Below, in pieces: positions 56,452 through 64,000 of a stretch of 64,000 nucleotides of DNA (position 1 is its first letter; each line of letters begins with the position of its first letter). Location: positions 32,001-96,000 of the IMG/VR virus record IMGVR_UViG_3300042261_001309; one strand, written 5' to 3'. The notes under the pieces are model-generated. The model worked only from the letters and a program-made list of their open reading frames with translations. It searched no databases and was not told the origin of the DNA. The stretch comes from a virus. Position numbers and translations under genes: made by a program.

Positions 56452-58725
56452 TTAAACTGTATAATCGAAGAACAAAATCCTAGAACAATGCTTACCAAAA
56501 TGTAACGTAGCTGTAGACGGACCAGCGGATACCTGTGAGGTTGTACCTGAGTCTTCATTACACTGCACCCAATCACGAGTATTATCGTTAATAACCATTG
56601 TAGTAATACCTGGAGATGGTACTACAAATTTATTATCGCTGTCCACTGTCGTTAAATCTAAACCTTTACCAATTGTAAGTAACCGTAAAGGATAACCACG
56701 CATAGCATGGGAAGTATCCAAATCGCTTGGCCAATTACCTGTAGCGGTAGAGCCATCTGGATTATTTAGTAGCACGTTACCTGCACCATAATTAGTTACT
56801 TTAACAATAAACGAAGAAGCAGAGTCAATTGATGCGGCATAGCCTGTGGTAGATAAATTAACTTCCAGCTGGCTCTCACGATGCCTTAACTTAAACGAAT
56901 TAGCGTTAACGTAAGACACTTCGTAAACGCGATTAGCTAAAATACCTTTTGGCAAATCGTTACCTACTAAAACCACAGTATCACCATCTACAAAACCATG
57001 ATCCGTAATATTAAACGTATTGGTGCTTAGGACTACACTGTCGGTTTCATAAGCTACCCAAGACTCAGTATAAGCCCAAACTTCAGTTTGCCCATCTAGG
57101 TTATCTACTGTTTCATTTGGCAACGCAAAATCCGCATAAAACATGAAATATACATAGCTTGGTAAAACCTCTCTAAGCAATGAAAATAAGCCAAGACCCG
57201 CAGATGCCTCAGCTTGTGACTTAAAATTCAACTTAACCAACGCTGAGTTTGATTTAAAAAAGTTATCAAAAACAAAATCCAACGGATAAATACCTACCGC
57301 TTTATTTGTATAATCCCCGGCATCGTTATACATGCCTAAGGCTTGCGCAACTTGTTCTTGTCGAGTAACGCCTTCCAAGTTCTTTCCAGCCTCAGATACG
57401 TCATTTATATAATCATGAAAAATCTGCACATCGGCAACTGAACCATAAACTGGGAAATTAATAGTATAATCGGTACCATTCCAAGTTTTAGTGGCCAACT
57501 CAAAATCATTCTTAAAAGTTAAGCCATATTGATAGTTGCCTAAGAATAGATATGGTGGCAGTGTAATTTCAAAATTATCTGCATAGCCGTCCACTAGGTT
57601 TCCAAGCGAATCATAAGCCAGCCTTGGAAATAACTGATAAGTCCACCAACGTTTGGACCGTACATAATCAAAGTACTGCACAGCATCAACCAATACATCT
57701 CCAGCATAAACTTTAGTTCCTATTACTACCGATGGCAATACATTGTAGTACGCATCGTACTTATATACGTTAACATCAGTAATTACCACAGTGGAATTAT
57801 CTGTTAATCTAAAAATATCCTGAACCTGCTCTTCTCGGCTTTTTACGGCCGGAACACCTAATAGTGCGGCAGCTAAAACCTGAACAGCCTGAATGGTTGG
57901 ACCGTTGGAATAAAACTTAACCAACGCGTTTAACAGATCCTTAAACAATTGGGTGCTATCAGCTTTAACATCAAACAAATAACCAAAGTTCTGCCATAAC
58001 AATTGCTGGTCTATATCCGCCTGATAAGCCCAAAGAATAATTTCCTGTTCGACCTGCTTTACACCTGATTCATCAGTATAATAAACCCAATCACCGGCGG
58101 CTGCATCAAATACGTCGTATTTAATATTCTCGTCATCTGAAAATAAATCGGCGCCAAATATCAAACGAGTATCCCGTATTTGTACGTCTGCACCAGTATT
58201 ATAAATACGCGTAGGTGCAATTATCTTATTGGTTAACAACCGAAAATTCTTTAAATCCCGTAGCTCGCTTTCTTTGGCTACCGCATATTTAGACGAGCTT
58301 GGATCTCTTGAACTGCCAAATGCATATACAACACCCGCGTAAGCTGTCGTGTATTTCTGTTCACCAAAAGTTAAAACAGTATCCAATGTTTCGGATTCAA
58401 AATATATCTTTTCATGTTTGAATTTAGATTTTCTTATACGTACTGGAAACCATTTCTCACGATGAAAAACTGGAATATCTTCAGACGAGTAAGAATTAAT
58501 CAATTCAACTAAATTTAAATAATGCTGAACCAGTTCCTCCGATTGCCCGATAGAATAACCTCTAATTGTTCCGCGCTCAGCAAAAAACGAAGTCCAAAAA
58601 GTACCCAACGTGGCATAAAGTACGTCTGGATTGGCAAACGTAGATGTACCGGAATAATTTAAAATTGGGTAATTTTCAAACATACTAATAAGTGATGTTA
58701 ATTGCGTCGGTTGAAGAATCAACAC
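56452..58725 (-). CDS. Putative baseplate wedge protein
   Basis: NFGYL...Y.NGPT pattern, located directly after the baseplate J-like gene. Confidence 0.55.
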   Translation of the reverse strand: MLILQPTQLTSLISMFENYPILNYSGTSTFANPDVLYATLGTFWTSFFAERGTIRGYSIGQSEELVQHYLNLVELINSYSSEDIPVFHREKWFPVRIRKSKFKHEKIYFESETLDTVLTFGEQKYTTAYAGVVYAFGSSRDPSSSKYAVAKESELRDLKNFRLLTNKIIAPTRIYNTGADVQIRDTRLIFGADLFSDDENIKYDVFDAAAGDWVYYTDESGVKQVEQEIILWAYQADIDQQLLWQNFGYLFDVKADSTQLFKDLLNALVKFYSNGPTIQAVQVLAAALLGVPAVKSREEQVQDIFRLTDNSTVVITDVNVYKYDAYYNVLPSVVIGTKVYAGDVLVDAVQYFDYVRSKRWWTYQLFPRLAYDSLGNLVDGYADNFEITLPPYLFLGNYQYGLTFKNDFELATKTWNGTDYTINFPVYGSVADVQIFHDYINDVSEAGKNLEGVTRQEQVAQALGMYNDAGDYTNKAVGIYPLDFVFDNFFKSNSALVKLNFKSQAEASAGLGLFSLLREVLPSYVYFMFYADFALPNETVDNLDGQTEVWAYTESWVAYETDSVVLSTNTFNITDHGFVDGDTVVLVGNDLPKGILANRVYEVSYVNANSFKLRHRESQLEVNLSTTGYAASIDSASSFIVKVTNYGAGNVLLNNPDGSTATGNWPSDLDTSHAMRGYPLRLLTIGKGLDLTTVDSDNKFVVPSPGITTMVINDNTRDWVQCNEDSGTTSQVSAGPSTATLHFGKHCSRILFFDYTV

Positions 58726-60391
58726 TACTTGAACCTACATTGGTAAAAAACATTGCAGTCTTTTTAGATACTCCTGCAATTTTACTAACCGTGGTATCAG
58801 GAATAGCTAAAATATCAGTTCCATAAATAGACCGCACGTCGGTGGCTGTTAACGAGCGGCTGGCTACTGGTAAAATAATGTCACCTTTAAGCCTAACCGG
58901 CAATACCACCTTTTTAACTTGGTTATAATTGTGACAGATATCTACAATGCGTGAGGCAACCAAGTCTTCGCCAAATGGTATGGAATTAATGTAGTTAAAT
59001 ATATCTAACTTTATATTTTGCGCAATCTCAGCTGTAATTGGATTAGCCAAGCTGCCGGTTAACGTTAAACTTACTGTAACCAAACACGGTACTACAGCCT
59101 TAACTAAGAAATCAGCGCAGATATTACGATTAGCGTCATCCAGTACGTAATCTTGAATGGTAGGAATAGTTGGAGCGTAATTAAATAAAATACTCACCAA
59201 GCGATCTGCCTTTGCGCCATTCATATTCGCAAGGCTAAACCGAATAGCCGCTACTTGATATTTTGAAAACCTCGCTTGAGTGGCAGAATATACTGCACAG
59301 CTATTTGGCGCCACATCGTCATAACTAAAGGTAATACTCATTGTAGATAACCCAATGTTCTCTCCACTTGAAGTATCTGTAATACGGCTAATAGAATAAA
59401 ATGGCACGACCTCCAATATACTGGCAATTTCAGTAGCCGTATAACCCAATGTGCCTAACGCAGTTGCATCTTGATGCAGCACTACTTCATAATATACATT
59501 GGTAGTATTTAAAACGGCTCTACAAACTACTTCTTTACTAGCCACCGATACACTCGGCCGAACATAAATGTCCGCAGTACCTAACGTGGAAATACCGAAG
59601 ATATTCTCCTTGGCTCGTTGCATTTCGTAATCGTTTGCTCCCACTACTGAAACAGCCTTAATATCTGGAAACTGTTCGATTAACTTACCTTTAATGGCTA
59701 CCGGGCTAACCAAGCTCTTAATTGATAATCCTTCCTTAAACCGATGGATTAACTCTTGGTCTGACTCTACGTTTACACCTTTGGAAAAGTTACCATAAGC
59801 GTGGGCTTCAATAAATTCAGGAAAATTGTAATTAATGTCTAATGTAAAAGCAGTATTATTCTGTACGGCCCTTATCTCATTGCCGTTTTCTTCGCCAACT
59901 GCTTCCGCTTCTACCGGTACGATAAAATAATATGAAGTGGTGTTTGTAGCGCTAACAGGGAAAAGCTGAGCTTGATTACTCTCAGTAGGTGTTGTTAGAA
60001 CTACATCCCAAGACTGTGTTGTAAGATATACAAATTTCAACGAAGGTTGAATGAGCTTAAATCCAGTAGGTATGTAATACCGCTGATTTTTAGTAACGAA
60101 AATTTTAACAAAACCGGTGGCATTTGCACCAGTATTTCTGGCCACGTTATAATTAGAAGCGATTTTATCGATTACTGGGCTATACGTATTAACGGTTGAA
60201 TCAAAAACCTGTGAAACTGCGCTAGCTTGAGAAATACTGTATAAATCGTTGGAAATTAATTCAGTATGTACTTCTGCGCATACTTTAAGCAACAGCTCAT
60301 TCAATACGGAACCTGGTGATACATCAGCCGCAGGATTAACTCCTTGAATAAAGGACTGCAATCTTTGAAGGGTTATTTCTAAAGGAGTCAT
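58685..60391 (-). CDS. Baseplate J/gp6-like wedge protein
   Basis: PGSV..ELL, D.IASNY.V.R..G..ATG.V, VEAEAVG and G...ESD.EL..R motifs. Confidence 0.8.
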   Translation of the reverse strand: MTPLEITLQRLQSFIQGVNPAADVSPGSVLNELLLKVCAEVHTELISNDLYSISQASAVSQVFDSTVNTYSPVIDKIASNYNVARNTGANATGFVKIFVTKNQRYYIPTGFKLIQPSLKFVYLTTQSWDVVLTTPTESNQAQLFPVSATNTTSYYFIVPVEAEAVGEENGNEIRAVQNNTAFTLDINYNFPEFIEAHAYGNFSKGVNVESDQELIHRFKEGLSIKSLVSPVAIKGKLIEQFPDIKAVSVVGANDYEMQRAKENIFGISTLGTADIYVRPSVSVASKEVVCRAVLNTTNVYYEVVLHQDATALGTLGYTATEIASILEVVPFYSISRITDTSSGENIGLSTMSITFSYDDVAPNSCAVYSATQARFSKYQVAAIRFSLANMNGAKADRLVSILFNYAPTIPTIQDYVLDDANRNICADFLVKAVVPCLVTVSLTLTGSLANPITAEIAQNIKLDIFNYINSIPFGEDLVASRIVDICHNYNQVKKVVLPVRLKGDIILPVASRSLTATDVRSIYGTDILAIPDTTVSKIAGVSKKTAMFFTNVGSSSVDSSTDAINITY

Positions 60392-60903
60392 ATGGTTTTC
60401 TGAATTGGAATCGGTAATATGTAATCTACGTTTTCACCTGTGTTGGAATATATACGTACATTAAAAACTGCTGAGTTTGAGGCGCTGTCGTAAGCCAACG
60501 AATTTAACACCGCCGTATTTAACTGTTCATCATCTGGAATATTTGGCGTATTGGCCTGATATTCACGAAAAGTCTCAATAACCTGCATATTGGCAAAGTT
60601 AAACTCATGGATTGCGTCTTCATATGTAACCATGTTCTTGCTTTTAATCGCTGCCATGAAGTCCGTACCAAACGATGGAAAAATAGGCTGACTGCCTTTT
60701 TGTGTAAGCAATAAAATAATATACCGCTGCACCAGCTTTTGGATACCTGCGATATATGAAGAAATACGGCCAAAAGCAAAAGTAACCGGTTGCTTCTCAG
60801 GTGAAGTTACATTTAAACCTCCACCAGCACCAGCTCCTTGGCAAATGTTTACATCCTTTAATGGATGCTCACTGTAATCGTATATGGTACTTTTAACCGC
60901 CAT
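60388..60903 (-). CDS. gp25/GPW-like baseplate wedge protein
   Basis: GIQKLVQR..ILLLTQKGS....PSFGT motif; immediately upstream of baseplate J. Confidence 0.7.
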   Translation of the reverse strand: MAVKSTIYDYSEHPLKDVNICQGAGAGGGLNVTSPEKQPVTFAFGRISSYIAGIQKLVQRYIILLLTQKGSQPIFPSFGTDFMAAIKSKNMVTYEDAIHEFNFANMQVIETFREYQANTPNIPDDEQLNTAVLNSLAYDSASNSAVFNVRIYSNTGENVDYILPIPIQKTI

Positions 60904-60958
60904 TAAATCATCTTACCAAACGGTTGTTTAAAACTCGAGATTTGAATTCCAATTTATG

Positions 60959-61450
60959 TTAAGCACGTTCAACGTCGGGTAATCCGTCAAATGACGTTGA
61001 AGTGTTTTCATTGGAACTCGTAGGCGTAGCAGCTTGAACAGCCGCAGGTGGATTATCCAAAACAGATGTCTCCATAACATAATGGTTATACGCTTGATCG
61101 AGTGCCCTACGAATATGATAGCGCTTTTGAGCAAAGTCATCTCGATACACCTGCAGCCTTGTTTTATGCCTAGCTACCATGGACTTATGAAAGCCATGTA
61201 TTAATTGAATCTCGGCCTGAATAAATGTATGCGGAACCTTAGCTTGCTGTGACTCCGCATTAAATGCCGACTTATACTGATCGTTTAATTCTTCACGATC
61301 AAAATAAGCCTTAAACTCCTTCTCAGATATCCGCGCATTAAACCCAAGCAAGCACCATGGCCGGTTGTTAAAATTATCACAAGCCTCAACCAGCCAATCC
61401 TGGTAACGAATAAATAACTCGTTAAATGTCACAGATGCCCACCTTTCCAT
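60959..61450 (-). CDS. Hypothetical protein
   Basis: 163-aa ORF. Confidence 0.6.
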   Translation of the reverse strand: MERWASVTFNELFIRYQDWLVEACDNFNNRPWCLLGFNARISEKEFKAYFDREELNDQYKSAFNAESQQAKVPHTFIQAEIQLIHGFHKSMVARHKTRLQVYRDDFAQKRYHIRRALDQAYNHYVMETSVLDNPPAAVQAATPTSSNENTSTSFDGLPDVERA

Positions 61451-62073
61451 CCCTCAGCTAGCTTAGCCGTAATCATGTTCAATCGGTTAATCACCGTGGA
61501 AGGGGACATTTTTAACTGCTTGGCTAATTCATCTGTTGATAGGATTTTCTTACCACCAAACCCAGTTTTTCGCTCCATTATGATCTTATCTATGTTACTT
61601 AAGTCATGATATACATAATGAATCCAATCGTCATTCTGATCGGTAACAAAAGTCGGTGTCTGCGCTGCGTTAGCAAATGTAACTTCTTTTTTACGGGTAG
61701 AATAAAGATTGGTTACTTCTTTTAATCCTGTTTTGGTCCTGTTGGCGATTTCGGCCAACGAAGGTTCTCGCCCCAGCTCGCCTCTTAATTCCTCCTCGGC
61801 TACATTCATCTTCTGAATCTTAAATTGCTTATTTTCAGGAATACGTACAATACCGCCATACTGGGTGGATAACCGGCTTAACTTCTTAAGCGAATTGACT
61901 AGAAAAGTGGAAAATTTAATACCGCTACGCTCATCGTAATTATCTATTGCTTTATCTGCCAGCTTATATGCTTCTGCCATCACAATAGCCAATGGTACGT
62001 AACCGGCATATTTGGCTGCTTCAAACTCAACTAACTTCCGATGGTCATCTAATAACTTTTTACGGTCCTTCAT
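61429..62073 (-). CDS. Phage sigma70-family sigma factor (FliA/SigB-like)
   Basis: Region 2 AIDNYDERSGIKFSTF, VRIP, region 3 ELGREPSLAEIA and region 4 HTH ELAKQLKMSPSTV. Confidence 0.85.
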   Translation of the reverse strand: MKDRKKLLDDHRKLVEFEAAKYAGYVPLAIVMAEAYKLADKAIDNYDERSGIKFSTFLVNSLKKLSRLSTQYGGIVRIPENKQFKIQKMNVAEEELRGELGREPSLAEIANRTKTGLKEVTNLYSTRKKEVTFANAAQTPTFVTDQNDDWIHYVYHDLSNIDKIIMERKTGFGGKKILSTDELAKQLKMSPSTVINRLNMITAKLAEGWKGGHL

Positions 62074-62075
62074 AG

Positions 62076-63674
62076 TTAAATACTTGAAACATCATTTACG
62101 AACCTTCGGGCGTAATCCAAAGAGGTTGCAGCCGAGTAATTAAAATAAGATATGGTATTAACCCCAGTAGCTAACGCGTTTGCGCCTATTCTTCCAGAAT
62201 TAAAAGATACCGTGGTTATTGCTTCACCTTGGGCCTCTGGTGCCAACCGCAAAGAATGCGTAACACCGGTAACAAAGAAATCGATATAAGTGCCGGGATG
62301 CCGTGTATATAACTGGCCTACAGCGCCAGGTGCGAAATTAGGATTAAACAATGTCGTAAAATTACCTACCCGATCAGAATACTTGGCTTGATAATACTTT
62401 ATCTGCGCCCACTCATTGCAGTACTTCAACAAGCTATCTCTTACCAGCTTATCCTGATTAATCTTTAACTTCTCCTGAGCGTTACGTTTGGCCTCACGTT
62501 CTGTCGCCGATTCTTCCTTACTAGGCGCCGCTGCTGTTCCGGCTCCTGTATTCGTTGCCGCAGCCGAAACACTGCGTTTAACCTGTGATTGAAAAGAAGA
62601 ATGCAATACTGAGCCACCAATAGCTACAAACTCAGGGACGTCTTGCACTAACATGCCACCGTAAGCGTAGGGATCGATATAATACCCTATCTCAGCATTA
62701 CTGAAGGTGTTAACAATTGGCAATGTTTGTGGTGAGCGCAAAACCATTGCACGAATATCCATATACCCGCTGTCATTAAATGAAAAAGAATTATATTGGG
62801 CAGGGTAAACGACATTCGGCGTAGAAGATAGCTGACGCAAACCTACATTAGCGTGGGTCATTCTTAAAAAGCCAATCTTAGGAACGATATAGGCGTATTC
62901 ATTTCCGATTACCAGTGTACACTCAAACAAGTCTAACAACTTAAGCAACAAGTCAAACATACTCCCACGTGACTGTGCAATTGTTGCAAGTAAACCGCTT
63001 AAAGGAAGGTAATGCCCCAAAGTTACACGTGTATTTTCAGCAAATACCGTAACGATTTTGTTCATCTTTTCCAATGCCAAGTTAATATGCGTTACTTTTA
63101 GTGCTTCGGCTACGCGCACCAAGGCATACTTAAAGTTTGGCTCAGAAACTAATGTTTTAACATCTTGGTAAGCGTATAAAAATACTTTAACCAATTCCAC
63201 CATGCCTTTAATAACCGGTATATCAAAACCGACTTCTTTTAACTTAGAAAAACGGAAAGTACCATTAACAATCTCAGCCCCAGATTGACTATTTAAATTA
63301 ATTAATGAAGTCTGTTTAAATATATCGTCTGAATTTGAGCTATAACCTGGTATGCGGGAATCGATTTCTTTTAATACCTGCCAAGTGCTTTTAATCACCA
63401 GCTGAATACTCATTCCGCCCACACTTTGCGACATCGATAGGCCGTCGATTAAACCATCAAAATGTATGCAGCCATTGATAGTTCTAACCAATAGCGATAC
63501 TCTAGTCCGACGATACTTTTCAAAATCACAAAATAAATCCAACGACGAAGGAGCTAATTCAAGTACAGCTGTAGGGATATCCCCGATAGGATAAGTAATC
63601 TGTACACCAGTTGGGGAAATGGTTGGAAATGCCCCAGTAGCTGAAGTTAAAAGTATTTCTACGGCTTTGTTCAT
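62076..63674 (-). CDS. Putative baseplate hub/tail protein
   Basis: IPTA.L, FDGLI.G and C-terminal FNP..APG...VTGVTH patterns; position in the baseplate module. Confidence 0.5.
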   Translation of the reverse strand: MNKAVEILLTSATGAFPTISPTGVQITYPIGDIPTAVLELAPSSLDLFCDFEKYRRTRVSLLVRTINGCIHFDGLIDGLSMSQSVGGMSIQLVIKSTWQVLKEIDSRIPGYSSNSDDIFKQTSLINLNSQSGAEIVNGTFRFSKLKEVGFDIPVIKGMVELVKVFLYAYQDVKTLVSEPNFKYALVRVAEALKVTHINLALEKMNKIVTVFAENTRVTLGHYLPLSGLLATIAQSRGSMFDLLLKLLDLFECTLVIGNEYAYIVPKIGFLRMTHANVGLRQLSSTPNVVYPAQYNSFSFNDSGYMDIRAMVLRSPQTLPIVNTFSNAEIGYYIDPYAYGGMLVQDVPEFVAIGGSVLHSSFQSQVKRSVSAAATNTGAGTAAAPSKEESATEREAKRNAQEKLKINQDKLVRDSLLKYCNEWAQIKYYQAKYSDRVGNFTTLFNPNFAPGAVGQLYTRHPGTYIDFFVTGVTHSLRLAPEAQGEAITTVSFNSGRIGANALATGVNTISYFNYSAATSLDYARRFVNDVSSI

Positions 63675-64000
63675 GATTCTAGATACGACTGCACACGATA
63701 GAAATACCCAAGCAATAAACCAGCAAACTGATATACCTTGTTATGATGCTGCACCCACATGGTATCGAACGTGAACGGAGAATACTTACTTTTATACCCC
63801 AGCATAGCTGATACTTGCGGCACATACTTTGTTTTTAGCATATCCGCCAAGGTAAGCATATTAAAGTCTGACTTCGCATTAACGGTTATTTTCCATGACT
63901 TATTGGAAGTCGTAGTAAAGTCGACAGCAGAAGAAAAAACCAAAGTCAGATTATAAAAAGGAATATATAGAATTTGGCTAACGCCGGCATTAGTTCCCGC
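63671..64000 (-). CDS. Hypothetical structural-module protein (5' truncated)
   Basis: Frame stays open from 63943 to the window end. Confidence 0.55.
   Translation of the reverse strand, partial: AGTNAGVSQILYIPFYNLTLVFSSAVDFTTTSNKSWKITVNAKSDFNMLTLADMLKTKYVPQVSAMLGYKSKYSPFTFDTMWVQHHNKVYQFAGLLLGYFYRVQSYLES

Noticed and set aside
54480-57030. HG(L/F)xxxDxV beta modules in 53530..55842 and 56452..58725, which can be labelled E1 FCCH-like
   Set aside because: This small domain is common in phage tail proteins, and nothing links it to the Ubl operon.
1-64000. CRISPR arrays, tRNA/rRNA genes, inteins, DGR or retron reverse transcriptase, stop-codon recoding
   Set aside because: I saw no regularly spaced repeats, cloverleafs, intein termini or RT motifs by eye, and genes are full length in the standard code. 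tRNAscan, Infernal and CRISPR finders would be needed to exclude them formally.

Overview
This window is a gene-dense segment of a large, probably jumbo, contractile-tailed dsDNA phage of a diderm bacterium (it encodes an outer-membrane beta-barrel and lipoproteins). It reads in the standard genetic code; I saw no tRNA, rRNA or CRISPR array. From left to right: (1) the 3' part of a giant modular tail-fibre-like protein with an embedded SGNH esterase, on the + strand and truncated at the window start; (2) a long minus-strand replication/recombination region (RuvC-like resolvase, RecA, putative SSB, UDG-fused family A DNA polymerase, DnaB helicase, primase, SF2 helicase, Rad50/Mre11 pair, C5-methyltransferase-like protein, deaminase); (3) a Ycf46-like AAA ATPase/DUF3150/DUF1257/DUF2997 cluster whose ATPase is split by a well-supported group I intron; (4) terminase large subunit and a GHMP sugar kinase; (5) a baseplate module with five tandem paralogs and a sigma factor. 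The most notable candidate novel system is a phage-encoded ubiquitin-like operon at 13958-17706. It comprises a beta-grasp-like protein ending in LLGG and fused to a C-terminal extension, a 681-aa protein with a possible E2-like Cys motif, a JAB/JAMM peptidase and a ThiF/E1 enzyme, sitting directly upstream of SSB and RecA. All family assignments come from motif recognition by eye, not from database searches.
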